Part shown: positions 1 through 14,900 of the stretch, in pieces
Numbering within the stretch: position 1 is the first letter of the stretch
How the letters are laid out: every line of letters begins with the position of its first letter
Source of the DNA: Lingula anatina
Lineage: Eukaryota; Animalia; Brachiopoda
DNA length: 64,000 bases
Direction of reading: 5' to 3'
NCBI GenBank assembly: GCA_051362555.1
Contig: CM120646.1
Span: 19,468,001-19,532,000 of the forward strand
Program-made: the position numbers and the translations under genes
The notes under the pieces: model-generated
Told to the model about the DNA's origin: nothing
Seen by the model: the letters and a program-made list of their open reading frames with translations, nothing else
Databases searched by the model: none

Positions 1-1764
1 CTTTTTTAATCTAATTGTTTAAATTGTGTAAATTTAATTTTTTTAATCATTAAAATGTCTAAGATATGTATATACGTAGCCTATATTTAGCTACCCAGGA
101 CTCACTATGGAACAGCGATATTTATATATACTGCAGCAAACCATACATGGCACTTTGTTAGTGTTATAGTAACATCAAATGTCTGAGAAAAAAACCTTCT
201 AGGATACGGCCCAACTCCGAGCTTCACTTTCGATGAGTGCCAGACTTTTCGTTTTCAAACTCTACTCTCCACGCGTGCTCGTTATAAAAATGGTAGTCCT
301 TAGTCCAGCGCTCCATACGATTAGTTGTGTTAAGGGTTTGTCGAAAATATTGGGGTCAGTACATGGGGCGAATGGCACCTATTATATGCAGAGCGATGGG
401 ACATGGACTACGGTTCTTAAACGTACTGCATGCACCATCCTGTCACACGGTCTAATGTGTAAAAATTGGGAGATGGTAACGGCAGGTGCTTATTGATGGT
501 AGAGAAGTGAGTTTCCAGGCACCTCTGTAACACGGTGCATATCTTCACAGAAGCTGTTTAATTATTTTTTTATCCATGTTCAAACTTTGGAGATTCTATG
601 CTTTCTCTACGAGCGCTCCAGATGCCCAGATGCGTGCCTTGCTCCTTTTTTCATTCTTCTCAGTGAATCCAATTAGATAAAGTCTATCTGTCAAAAAGAT
701 AATTATTGGGTGGAAAATAGGCGCAATGGAGTAATAGTTTTGTTCCTAGAGCAAGCATCAATACAAGGTAATTGTGTTTGATAAAAATCGTATTAATCCC
801 CTCCACCTCCCTTTTAAGTCTATTAATCTTTGCCAATTGGGAGCTGGGCTCACCATTAAGACCAACAATGACACACAATTTATGGCTTTAATGAAAAATG
901 AGTATATTATCATTCACGAGAGACGAGGGTGTAATATTATCTAATGCGTTTTCTTTGGACTAACAGCGTTAAATAGAGTCGCTCTATTAAAAAGACATTA
1001 AGGGGAAACGGTCGTAGAAAGAAATAGTCCGGTGGAACGGCAGGTTTGAAATGGGAAGGGGGCGTAGTGGGGGGGGGGGTGTAGAAAGGCTTCACGGACA
1101 AAACTTGGGTCTAACATCCAGTTCTGATCTGATTTCCTAGCTCTAATGGTTTGGATGATGGATATGGCTTTAACTTACGATATTCTGCGAATTGGCTTCG
1201 ATCCGTTCACCATTAAGGTTTTATTTGTTTAATTCTCAGTGGGAAATGGTAATGGTTAGGAAATGGCATGTGGATTATTTTTGATACGTTTTTCGATTTT
1301 CTTTTTTTTTTTTAGGTTCTCGTTGGTCCCAATAATATTCCTCGCCTTTTTACAAAAGTTTGATTCATATTTTATACCATTATACTTTTTTCAATATTTT
1401 AGATTTAATTTCAATTTCAAATGAGATGTTTACCTTACGTCATCTTTGTCGAAATAAATTGCTAAAATACAATAATTTTAAAAGGAAACAAGATTTTTTT
1501 TAAATGGAAAGCAAATTGATTAATGATTAATTTTCAAATACACTATTTAAGTAAGTTGGACCAAAATCAGTTGACCTCGATATTGTCTGCTCTGCAATAT
1601 AGACCACATAGTTGTATTAATGTAGAAAATACGACTCTTTTAGCAATGCCTACAATTTGAATCTGCATTATAAATCGGAAATTGTTAATTCTTTCGAATA
1701 GACGCTAACAGTGTATTAAAACGGCAATTTAGGTGAAAGCATACAAAAAACACTGATATATTAA

Positions 1765-2101
1765 AGGGATAATAACTCTTCGTTTCGGCCAAAAAATGAA
1801 TTTTCCTGGAGTAAACAACAATTTTCCCATACTTACCAATGGTTAATGAATCCATTTTTACATTCAAAGTTAGTCCCTGGTTTTTTTCTAAAAAGTTTGG
1901 TTTTTTGTTAAAATCACTTAAGAGATTTTAACAGAGTATAGCCATCAATGGAGGTCACGTGGTCTAAAGACAAGCTCAGATATCAGAATAATAGCTATAA
2001 TTGCCATTTTTGTGGTAAAACAGAATATATTATATTTCTATGAGTTATTCACAATGTTTTTATTGTGAAATAAAGATCTCATACAAAGAGTTATTATCCC
2101 T
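1765..2101. mobile_element. Non-autonomous DNA transposon (MITE), TTAA target-site duplication, Kolobok/T2-like ends; copy 1
   Basis: TIR AGGGATAATAACTCTT at 1765 with its reverse complement ending at 2101; TTAA at 1761-1764 and 2102-2105; near-identical inverted copy at 9887..10222. Confidence 0.85.
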
Positions 2102-4589
2102 TTAAATGTGCTGATTGTTCGATGGACCAGTAGATATAAAAGACGAAGAATGAATTCCTTAACAAATTTTATACAAATAAAATGCCAACCTGTTTGAAAA
2201 TGCCAGATAAAATTGTAATTTCAGTTAGATAATTCACCTTTCGTGTCTATAAAAAAATTAATATGAAGTGTTACCTACAGCTAAATGATAGAAAGACCCC
2301 TTTGTTACCTTCGGTCTTCAGCCCTCCGTAATTAGATTGGAATTACGTCGTGGTTATTTGAGTTACGATCAAATCCAAGCGTGGTGATTCTATTAATTAA
2401 CTTATCACTGTTTACACTGGCCTCATAAAATGTCTGTGAGATTGCATTGTTCCGGTGAATCATTGACTCGTGAGAAGGCTTCGCCATTACGGAAAACTAC
2501 ATTCAAAACGTCGGTTTTGCTTCTCGTAATAAAAATACTATCTCCCAAAATTGGTGGAAACTCTCTTTGAAGAAAATCAAACAAAAAGTCACAACATAAA
2601 GATATGTGTTACGATAAATAAGACATACGATGTAATGTGAAAAATAAAGTAAAGTGTAAGGATAAAATGGATAGCAGATTGCTGATGGACCCAAAATGTG
2701 AGCGTTATTTCTTAGTAGCAGCCGTATAAAATACTGGCCATCTGTTATTTGCGTTTGTTGAGGATTATAATTAAGATCTTTACAGGAGGACAGACAGAAA
2801 TTGCGAATTTATTGTAAATTCATTTCTAAGAATTAAGATCTATTTGGCCATCAGCTGTTGTGTGATAAGTATAGATCACGCCGTAGTGAGAAATGAATTA
2901 TTTTTATTTTTCTTCTGTCGTTAAGAAAATTAAAATAACTGGAAACAGATAAAACTATGTCGAGCTATCTTCAAATAATTTAAAGGGATTGGCAATCAAA
3001 ATAGAACACATTTTCCAAATTTTTTGAAAATCTAAAGCAATTTTTTTTAAGTGAGTAATGAAATATGAAGAGAATAAATAGAAGTAATTTACTGGCCTTT
3101 GTCTAATATTGAAAATGCACTTTACATCGCTTTATGGAATAACTAGACCGCTCTAAAACCAGCTAACATTTTTAAACAAATCATTTATGAGATAAAATGA
3201 TGACAGAAAAAGATGTCCGTGTGCATATTGAGTTAATCCAGATAATAATGGTCATGCCGAAGCATAGATACTAAACTGGATTGAAAAATATTTTACCGCG
3301 TCGCGATACTCCCATGACATACAGTGTTATTCTACATGTACTTGTAGGCCTATTTCCTGTTCGAAATAACTCATCATTTGTATGATATCTTTTATTTTTA
3401 CAGATATTGCCCTTGCTGTTCAGGAACTATTTTTTTAGATAACCCCTTCTTGTAAAGAGAAAGACATTGTACAGGAAAATGAATTTTCAAAAAAGATATA
3501 TTTCTATCACAGAAGTATAAATTATCTCTGTGATTCCTCAGGTACACACATTTAGGAAACAACTGAGGCAGAAAAAAATACATAAAGATGACAGGATTTT
3601 CTCCAAATGGCAAAGGATCTAAAACTTTGTTACTGAAAAACAATAGATATTAGTAAGTGTCAATCGCTCCAAAATTTTCACATTTAAGGATTTAACAAGA
3701 CATGAGTTTGTTTTCCTTGAGACAAGAGAGCAACAAATTCAGTCAAAACCAAATAGAATTTTTAAACTTCCAGTTTAGCATTGAGTTCTATCTCCTGGCA
3801 ACTCTTTTTTAGTATCAAATTGCAATTTACCATATTTCCCAATGAGTGATTGATAGAGTGACTGGGAGTATTTTTTTTTTTTTTTTATAAACTTGCCCTT
3901 ACCCACGGCAAACGTCTTTTCCGCTCATTTTAGCACGTGTGAAGTTTTTATTGGGTGTAGAAAGTGTCTACATAATAAAATCCAACCCAATCATCGGATG
4001 TCTTTTTGGGCGTTAAAGCGACATAAATATTTTACATCTGCGTGGTGTATTAACACACACACTGCTCGTAAAAAACGCACCCGGGGATTGATGTCAGACT
4101 CAACCTTACCCCAAAAAATCAAGAATACTAAAAGATCAGAATACTTAAAGGAAACATAAGTACTATATAAATTCCGCACCTACTTACACCCCTAAAAAAC
4201 AGAGGGTATCTAATTTTTTTTTAATTAAAGGTAATTTTACAAATAAGCTCTTATGTAAAAGGTACTAATTCGCGCTCAGGCCTGAAAATGTTTTGTTTTT
4301 TTTTTTCAAAAGAACTCCATTAAAAAATTATTACACTGTAAAACTGCGCTTCCACAATTAACTGCCATTATTCAATAAAAATCATAATAGAAAATTTTAA
4401 TAGTACTCACGGGGAAATGTTTACTGTGTATTAGTTCACCTTTTTTACTGTCTTCAGAAAAAAACTTTTGACGAGTGCTCAAAGGAATTATTTTACTACA
4501 GGAGGACCGCCATGGACGTCATCTGTAGAAGGGCGATAAATAACTTTAATATCACTCCAGACCGGGTGTAAAATAGGACCTAATAATGA

Positions 4590-5015
4590 AAATCAAAGGA
4601 ATATCAAAGGGAACGGAAAGGGCTAATAAAGCCCCAAAATCCTCGCGGTCAGAAACGTTATATGTATATGGCAGCGGCGCCTAGGTAATGGGCTTCACCA
4701 TTTCGTCTCCCAACTGGTACTTAATTTTTATATGTCGTAATTATGTGATCAAAGACAGTGGACGTGGGGCTGTGGCATAATAGTTATGTCGGCGTTCGAG
4801 GGAACAGGAGGGACTATCGCCAGGCTGGCTGGGCATGCGAGGATGGCCATTGTTTCCCGTCACCCTCGCCAGTCTTCACCTGCTAATACGCGGTGTTTTC
4901 CCCCGAGGCACATTGGTTCCTTCTTCCCCGTGAAAGACGCTTATCAACTCTTTAGTGTGAAATCTGCCGTAGTGCTGTTTTCAGAAGTCTTGTACATAGC
5001 GCCTTGTGATCAAAG
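4590..5015. promoter_or_regulatory. Candidate Evx upstream enhancer: cluster of TCF/LEF sites
   Basis: ATCAAAG at 4592, 4603, 4748 and 5009 in a locally GC-richer non-coding island about 4 kb upstream of the Evx ATG; motif-only evidence. Confidence 0.4.
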
Positions 5016-8000
5016 GCACCGACGCTCATCATGTTTGTGTTTAAGGGTTTTATTGAAAGAGCAGCGTTGGTTATCATGGGTTTTATCGCCCCGTGGTTTA
5101 CGCTGATGACTAAACCGGTAAAGCACCGGGAACACGGTCGCCCTACCTTTTCTCAACTACAAACGGGGCCTTTTTAATTATCGCAGAGATTTACATGTTC
5201 ACTGTTTCTAACCATATATCCCAAGGCATAAGATCAATTTGAAGTTCCCAATACGTTGGCCATGAGCATGGCTTTGCTATCAGAACTATGTATCAAGAAT
5301 CTTTTGACTGATTGATACACAAAAACTTCCCCAAATCGACGAAATCATTAATTTCATGTTCAGTGCCAAGCAATTTGTCGGACTGCGCTCGAATCGTGAT
5401 CTTTTCTGACGATAAGTATTCCTCTTAGCTTAGGAGACGAGGAACGATTGCGATCGCTATGCATATTACTTACACACTTGCAATAAAACTTTAATTTTCT
5501 TTCTAAATTCTTTATAAATATGATTTTCCATGGTAGTACATGGAGCATGGCAATGACAGATGAAGTTCAACAGCTTCAAATGTATCTTTTGATCTCTTAA
5601 AACACGCCACAACACGTATAAATTTTTTCTTTCAATTTAAAAAAGAAATTTGTAAGCAACATTTACAAATTTACGAACAGTTCTTATTTTGAATTTGTCT
5701 CGAAATAAAAAAAATTAATCAATTAGCACTAATAATGAAATATGTTGATTTTTAACATTTATATTAATTTACATTTCTTATAATTTTTGAAAATATTAGA
5801 CTTCGTGTAGTTCCCTCGAAAGCAACAAAAAATTAAGCAGGATGCAGAAAGCTAGGCTCGATATGAAATGATGAATTGATATATTATCAAAAAGCGTTCT
5901 AATGAAGTTAGCTAAAAAACTGGCCTATTTATCTTTTTTTTCCTGAATAGTTTTAAACCATAATAGTATTCGTCTTTTCTTTATCAAAATAGCCATTTAG
6001 GTTAAATCATTTTAATTGAATTGCACTTAACTTGCTGGTTTTAAATTGATTAATCATTTGCTTCCTTAAAATCTCCTTATAAGTCCCCTTTGATAATTAC
6101 ACGTTTAACGTCAAACGGCGCTTTGTTTCACTCCATTAATTAAGAACGTTAATACGCAGAATTAATCCGATTGTTCGGATTAATTTAAAAGCGGATTTAC
6201 ACAACAAACTTGTCATTATCATGTGCTTCGTGAAACCATATTTTTGCAAATTTATCATCTCAAAATAATTATACACAATTATTTGTATTGTTCAAACGTT
6301 TCCATTTTGTTATAGATCTTTGTAGCATTGCGACAGGCAATCATTTTATGCAGCCTTTTAACTTGAATCGGATTGTTTTGTCACCTATTGTTTGGTGGAC
6401 TCGTAATCAAATATATGTATAATTCCGTTTGCTTTATTTAATGGAAAAGCAAAACTCAGACTCCAAGCAAGCTTTTGTGTTTGATTTAAAATTCATGTTT
6501 ATGACATTATTCTTAAAACTGATAAAATAATCAATAATGTGAGTTGTGGGCAGATATCCCTGATAGATAATAATATTGTGAAAATGTAGATGTTAGAAAC
6601 TGCGTGCTACATTCATAAACCATTTGTTATATACATGGTAGCTGAATTAATTTAAATTTACGAACAAAAAAAGAGCAACCAAGTAGGAACGGAAAAGAAG
6701 AAAATCAAAAATATGAAGAACGGAGAGAAATAAAGAATTAAACGCCAAAAAGAATTTCCACTCTTTCTTATGATTTGGGTGATTAAATTGTGTCAACCTC
6801 CATAGATGCGGGGTCTCAGTCTTCAGTTACTCCAGGCATCAGGTCAACATTCCACCAGTTGTCGCCTTACGTCACGGGCACGAGTAATGATTACGTCACT
6901 AATTAAGCGTCCATGATGGCGGAAGCCGCACCGTCAGTCGCCATCTGTTAATTCCAATAAATCTCAAGACCCGTCTCCATACTTCACAATTTCCCTGTCC
7001 TTCTGTCCCCATGCCGGCTATGTGGGTTGTATACGATCTGTTCTTGGTTTTTGTGTTTGAAATTTACAATCTGCCTTTGCTTTGTAATGATACGGCTGAG
7101 GGAATGCCCTTGCGCCGGTTGCTCGCGTATTTAGGGGAGGAAAAATTATGTGGGGATTGCTCTTAGCAATTAATTTTGTTTATTATTCATAATTTTTTTA
7201 GACTTTATCTTTTTGTTGTTGATATGAACAAAATTAAAAACGAGCAAATTATGAAAAACATGATTAAAAATGTGGTATGCTATAAGTTTTCATTCATTTT
7301 TAGAATTTTACTTTAATTTCATTTATATACCTTAATACATTATTTATGTATTATTTATTTATTTATTGCATCCAACAAATATATTTCAGCAAAATGAGGA
7401 CGGCGAGAGTTAGGATAATACGATCGTGACAGTATGAAAATGATATACACTTGAATGATTTGATTCTTTTCTTTCTGTCTAACTAGAAATGTCGAACTTT
7501 TAGCGTTGGGGAGCTTCCCGACTCTCTCCCCTTTATGTATCTGGGTCCCTGGTTGGTCAATGTAGTGTGACGTCCATTGCTTCTTCCACTTTGATCTCGC
7601 CGCTCTCGTAATCGAGATGGGGACATTAAGTGATGGACACTATAATACTTGGGGAGAGGCTGTCGGAAATTATTTGACTGCTAATAAAGAAAATAGAAAC
7701 ACAAAAAGAAATATTTTTTTGTCCCCGAATGAGTTAGGTTTATTGTGTAACTGGCCAATCTGACATATGTGTTATGTTTTTAGTCGTTCGAAAAACTTGT
7801 TTTATTTCAAGGTATTTTATAATGCTCAATCATTGTAATTTTGAACACTGCATTTTATATACTGCATTTGAAGTATCTTAGCAAAATTATATGTTTTCGA
7901 CGGAGTTATTAACCGAAAATCATTACTTTTGAACTCATCTCTTCAACTTCACTCTAAATAATGCTTCAAAATTTAATTAATCGTGCATTCGATTTTAATC

Positions 8001-8751
8001 AAGTTAATCAAATCCCTATCGCTTCATCCTCCGCGCCATCCCCCCAAGACTAAATCCGTCCCTTTCCAAGTAGTAAAATAAGGATCATTAACTTTCGTAT
8101 TGTGTCATTTTTACACATTTGTTGACTGCAATCAGACACTGAGGAGTCGTTGTATGGGACATTATAAGGACATTAAGCCCCTACAAAGGCATAGAGGCCT
8201 GTTAAAAGTCCGAGGAAGTCGAGGAGAGCGGACAGTCGAGTTGAGATCGAACAAGAGACAGTGCGCGTCCGATTATTTCAAGGACTTAAGTAGAAGACAG
8301 CTAACTATTTGTGGAGCGGAAGATTGCTCTCTCTGAACATTGTTGTTGCATGGCTGTCTAGTTGTTTTGGCAGATCATCAGCAGCGGAATTCCGATTCAA
8401 CCAAGGCAGAGTTTGTAAGCGGCGAGAGAGAGAGAGTGATCGGGTGAGTCAGGCATTCATTTACCAAGGAGTCACGCTCTCAAATCCAGCAACTGGCACG
8501 TTGGAAATCTCTCCCTACAATCTGAATCTATTTCACAGTGTGTTTCTACCCACTTGAGTCTCAGACAACCAAGAGATCTAGACTTTAAAAAAAAAAGAAG
8601 AGAAACGTTTTTCACTTAAAGTGAGCCGAGTTAAGTTGCGGTTCCGGCCCTCAGAAATTACACAGTTGGAGTCTTAACGGGGAAAACTCTGAAAGCATTC
8701 GAGGGAGCAGGGAAAAGGTCGTCTTTATTTAAAAAGAAGAAACTGTCGAGT

Positions 8752-8959
8752 ATGGTTGATAGCATGATGGTCACTGCAGAAAGCGGTCACGAACTGGACA
8801 TGGGTCACCACTACCACCACCACCACCATCACCAGAAGCATGGTGGAGACTCGGACACTGAGAATAATATCACGATATGCCATGACGACAGCGACAGCCT
8901 GAGCGGCCGCCGTGACGATGATGGTCTATCCAAAGAAAATATGTCATCACCAAGAAAAG
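8752..8959 (+). CDS. Evx: Evx coding exon 1 (His-rich N-terminus)
   Basis: ATG at 8752, [29 protein letters not shown]...SSPRK; donor G|GTACGT at 8960, phase 1 matching exon 2. Confidence 0.8.
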
Positions 8960-11900
8960 GTACGTGTTTATTTAGAAATTTCAAAAATAATCATAAAACC
9001 ACGTTTTGTACGAGTTGTGACCCTATATCTAAACCCTTTGTGATTTCTCCCACTCGCTTCTGTAGTAAATATTTGACTCTCTTTCAGCATCTGTCATCTG
9101 TTTTCCTAATTATTTATTTATGTATCTGTTCTCTCCCAATCCGTGTTCTTATGGAATGTACCAGTGATCCAAAATACTAGACACCTGAGCGTGATTACAA
9201 TTATTATGAATTAACTGGTCAAAAAAGATCCGAGGTCGGGTCCTGAACAGTGGGGACAAATCTTAATGAAAATGTTAGGAGTTTTGATACCAATTAGTTC
9301 ATAAATAAATATGTTACAACTTTGACAAATGCACATCTTTGTGTCCTGTTTATAACTCGAAAGTCGCATGTTCAGATATAAAAATACTCTTGACTATAGA
9401 GTATTTAGAATGACGAATAACGTCCTAAATTCTTCCCCACTTCACAAGCAGACCGTGTCGCGTGGAAGTTCTGCAAGTTAACAGGGTCGGTGCGTCTCAT
9501 TGCCCGAGTAGATTTCATAATTAAAAGCCAAAGTTAATTCCATTATGTGGCCCTGAGATAAACCAGAAGAGGACGCGAGGAGAGCGAAACCTCTCTGCTT
9601 GGTATAAACAGTTTGTCTTAAGTAGAACTATAAATTTCTATTCATGCCGAATACAATTAGGTCCATATAATGTTTCCCTGGCTTCTCCCACCCCGTAAGT
9701 TAATGTTGTTAGACAAATTTCGCATTATTCGAATTTCTACGAAATGTAAATAAACAGTTGGAGTTGTATGAACGTGAAAGTTTGTTAGCGTGTAAAAGGC
9801 ATGGTGAAGTAGCGTCCGTTTTAAACAGAGATGTTTATATTAAAAAGATAAAGGAACGAGGGAGAATTTGTGAAGTGTTTCATTAAAGGGATAATAACTC
9901 TTCGTATGAGATCTATATTTCACAATAAAAACCTTGTGAATAACTCGTAGAAATATAATATATTCTGTTTTACCACAAAAACAGTAGTTATAGCTATTAT
10001 TCTGATATCTGAGCTTGTCTTTAGACCACGTGACCTCCATTGATGGCTATACTCTGTTAAAATCTCTTAAGAGATTTTAACAAAAAAACAAACTTTTTAG
10101 AAAAAAACCAGGGGCCAACTTTGAATGTAAAAATGGATTCATTAACCATTGTAAGTATGGAAAAATTGTTGTTTACTCCAGGAAAATTCATTTTTTGGCC
10201 GAAACGAAGAGTTATTATTGCTTTAATGACTTTCATTATGACTCACATTAATTTAAAATGATATCTTTTATTAGAGCAAGAGGTGTATATTTTCAAAATT
10301 AGAAAACTAATTAATTAATATTTTATCAATATCTATCATTCTTGCTATTATTCCAAGAATATGGCAAGAGAAATAACTAACTTGTTTTACTAATTTTATA
10401 GTAAAATAGTGATGGATAAATTGGTAAAATTTATCCGAAACGACGATACTAAATATGTCATAAGATTTTCATGTATCCGAAATTTTATGTGAAGAATTTT
10501 AATATTGTTATCAAATTTCATTTGTTTTACAACTTGTTTCCTTTGCTTAACATATATTTGTGATTTCTTTTACGGTGAAAAAAAGGAAAGAATTAGATAC
10601 AAGCAGTCAGCATTTAATTCGTCGTGTAAAAGACCTGAAATTTAAAAAATGCGATATTCCGTGTTCAGACGTCAACTTTGGTTCCTGTTCAAACCCCTCT
10701 AAATTTTTGCCACATTTCTTCAATGGGAAAATGCAGGTGTCTTTGAATAAGAAGCAGGCCGCGTGCTGTGATACGGAGAAAATTGCCCACTCTGTATAAA
10801 AAGACCATTTTCTTTCCGTGGCACAGTTTCAAGTGGTCCCAAATTGATTGCATTCATGTACCCTTTGATTGCAATCAGGTCAAGCCAACTGAGAACAATC
10901 ACATCGGCCCGACGTGTTGATTACTAGCGGTCAAGTGGTCAGTTACTGTTGGCCGCAATCAGAGGATGTCCGAGCTATTTACAAACAAAGAAGGCAATTT
11001 GTTGCTATTGTTTACCGTAGACCCGGTGTCTGCTGCTTAGCTTAGAACTCTCACCTTGAGAGAACAATCTGATTGATCGCTCTCTCTTTGTTGAAATGCT
11101 GAATATAATGATAAGTGTTTTGACCTTATTTCTCACGGCACATGAATAAGTTCGATTGTTGGATACCTGTGACAAAAGGCGTACAAAAGCCCTATTATCA
11201 TTAGAGAAGAGGGGTAAAGAAATGCCGATGAACAAATAACAGACATCCTTTTCTGAGGATATCAAATGAAATTGAGATAGTCATCGAAATTAACGCGCGT
11301 AAACATGTTGTCAAGTTTTATTAAGTTTTTTAAGGGAAATGGGAGCAACATTGAGAGACCAATGGAAGTCTGTTGGTTTTAACTTGCGATTTAAAAAGTC
11401 AATCCATGGTTACCGACTCCTTCTTGAATATATTTTTAGTTTTAACAAAACAGTTTATTTCATAAAAGACTATTTCGTTAACAGAATTGTTGATGCTATA
11501 ATACATGTAATGTTGAGTCGAAAAGGGGAGAATAATTTGTGTTTATTATTACTTTCATCGCCCAAGATGCTTGGTCTCGTTTTGGTAAAATAAAAGGAAA
11601 ATACTTTCAACAATCGGGCTTTACATCAGCAATGAGAACAACTAATGATAATTTATGTGTTACGCCCAATTTATCATATCTCAATTCATATTATATATAC
11701 CATAGACAGGGGCTGCTTTTGATGAAAACAATTAAGCATCTTTAAGCAAATGAATATGGCGAAACTAAGTTGTTGTGGGGTTAATCTTCTTGTTAAAAGA
11801 CGACCAAACAGACGCTATCAATTGATTAAAATGAAGATGAGCAATTCCGGGAGGTTAACACAGGTGAACAGGCGGTTGATTACAATCGGGTCGCTCCAGA

Positions 11901-14900
11901 CAAATTACCTGTAACAACTGGAGAATCATTATAATATGTTGCGGCATCTTCAAAGGGTTTTCTTCAGACTAAGCGTCTCCGTGGGTTGGAGTGACCTTCG
12001 AGGGAGGAAGGTGGGGGTAAGGGCAACCCTTAGGGAAGTGGGGAGTAGAGGGGGATAAACGATGTCTTTGCGAGTCATCCTAAATGTGTTATTTCTTTTT
12101 CTTTGCTTGAAATAAGTTTCTTGAAGAAAACATGGAAGCAGGCCTGTAAGAAACTCTCCCCAAGTATTTTTTCCATGAAAAGATAATCAGCTGGAAAAGC
12201 TTTTTTATTTTATTTTATTTTATTTTATTTTATGTTGTGGTATATATCGGCAAAATTCTATTGAAATTTAATCCATTTTGATTGCCATATGACTGCTAAC
12301 CTGTATACATCAGAAGACATCTCGTATGTATATCTTGTCGATGCCATTTTCATCAAATAAACTTACGAGACTTTTAAGTTTTTGTCATTTTAGTGATGGG
12401 AATTATTTAACAGTTTTCCTCGTGAATTTTCTGTAATGAAAAGTTAACTGCGGAGGTGGTAAATGACCATTAACTGGTGGACAAAAGCTGATATATTTGA
12501 GAAAGAAAGGATTGTGCAATGCTAAACCGCTTCAGGATGGAGGGTGTTTCGCAGGTGGGCGTCCGTGCCTTTATAAAGTGCTAAACGATGTTTGTTACAA
12601 AGGTGATTTCTCGGCCGTTTATGGACAATATATCTGACCTTTTATTGTGGTCGAGTGGTTGGTCATCACAGTTATAGCAGGGACCGTCTGTCCAGCTATA
12701 GTGATGTCCTGATCATTTTTATTGGGACAAATCCATCAGAATAAACCAAACTCGTATCCATAACTAATATCAGTTTAAATTATTGGTTTGTGGGCTCTTA
12801 ATTTTTATGCAGCCTAGTAACGATGGCAAATGAGATTGGTATCTCAGTGATAATTTGTTGGATTTATTTTCTTCATTTTGTCCCAAATTTCATCCATGTG
12901 ACAAAGACAAGTTCCAAGTTTTCCTAAAGCAGGCTTTAGCGATGTTTTCACTTTTCAAAGGGATAATGTCACAGCGATATTCGCATTGTTGATTTTAAAA
13001 TGATAAAACTTTAAGGTTAAAAAAACTTAAAATTCATAACCAGGACTCTCAAATAGTACTCTCTTTGTTATACGGGCAAGGCCGATGGTTCTGTGTCTAA
13101 AATACAACTCGGATAAATGACAACGAGAGTGGGAATCGAATGAAATAAATATATAAACAAAGACACTGTCATGCGGCATATTAAGTCCACTTGGTTTCGC
13201 CTCATCACGATGATGATGATGGCGCTTCTCATGCCCCAGCAGCATTCCTTTGAAGTGTTATCTCTTCATTATCGTGTGTGCTCGTCACATTAAGACCTCT
13301 AATCAACGACTTTTCCCTTCTCTTATCCCTCCCCGTCATTTGGCCCTTTACCCACATCCCTTCTTACACACCATCCCCCTTGAAGATGCAGCGCATCGTC
13401 CTTTCATTAATTTATAATATGATCGCTATCATAACTGCCGCAATCATCATTATCATCATCGTTATTACTCTTTCATGAAGGCAAGACCACTATAATGCTT
13501 TACTCTAGTCATCAACGACACCCTGTACGGTAGAAATGGCGATTAATCCTTTGATACAGCGCTTCAAACTCGCGTGTGGAGTCGGGTCAAAATATCCAAA
13601 GGCGTCGCCTGCGAAGACGGTCTACGATCGCCCTTGATATGGTGATCGTTGGTGAGGATAATTTCCAAGTTTGCGTGAGGCGACGGTGGTTTTATTATAA
13701 GGGGAGGGATGATGACGAGCACGATGTGGTTTGTATGAGACTTTAGGGTTTATTAATGTCGATTATGATGCCTCACGACAGCTATCCTCTATCCAGGTAT
13801 TAAGGCAAATGTATGTTGATGTAATGGAATTGAGAGGTATTTGTACGGTGGCTATCTGTGGGAGAGGTTTCAGGTAGATTGTTTGTGGGGTGACACGCCA
13901 TAGGAAAGGAACGCTTTGACAATGCTCCTGACTGAAAGCTTACAATGTCGTAAGTTGATTTTATCTGTTGTAAAACGTTCTTTGTGCTTTTCTAGCCCAA
14001 CTAAATTCTTGTTACGAAAGTAGATCATCGAAGCGAATAGATCAAAGTTGTTTTTTTCTACTCACACGTCATATAAAATTGTTTGAAATTTACTATCATC
14101 AGATTAAGGACTTCGTTTTATCGTAGTAAAGATTTACATTGGTTTTGAATCTAAGATAGAAATTTAAAATATCTTTATTGCTGTTTATAGAGAATGGAGA
14201 AAGGCGATGTATAAAAGACTTAGGAGAGAACGTACAGGTTTTTAGTGTTTTTTCAAATTGAATGGAAGCAAGGCAACAGCTTACACGGAATAAAATATTC
14301 AGAATGTGAAGCAGAAGTAGCAGGGAACATATATAATTAGTATTTTATGACACTTGAAGATAACCCCAAAGACCCTCCAATCAACGTTACATTTGCCGCG
14401 CATACGAACACAAGAAGAAAACAAATAAAGTTCAAAGCATGCGCGTTTACTGCAGTGCGGTCGATTACGTCAGCACATACTTGAGCGTGCACCGCGTGTT
14501 CTGTCAAATTACCAACCAGCAAATATAATAAATTTTCGATTAATCGACCTACAATTAATTGGTCTTTTATTGGCCTGATTCATAGCTTAACAATGATGTT
14601 AATAATTTTCTAACTCGAAGTGGCATAGAAAATGGGGATTTACGGATTTACAATTAGGAGATATGGGGATTATGAACGTTTCCTTGTACAGTATTATCGG
14701 GATAACGACGGAAAAAAAGAAATGGCTATTAATTTGATATTGATTACGAGGCCGAGGCTTAAGATTTAAACGTTAAAAAAGTCTGAGAATAAGTTACTTT
14801 CGTTTTTCTCACAATTTTTCGGTGCTTTTTTCTCTTTTAATTACTTATTCAAAATGCGATCTACTTATTACTGAATACACAGTATCGAAGATAACAACAG

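Noticed and set aside
233-8557. Short ORFs upstream of Evx
   Set aside because: No recognisable domains or splice-consistent chain; two ORFs in the Evx region (1685..1867 and 9840..10040) overlap the MITE copies
8960-9180. Extension of the Evx first ORF to 142 aa, and ORFs starting at 15317 and 15741
   Set aside because: These are read-through into introns; the spliced model restores the complete homeodomain
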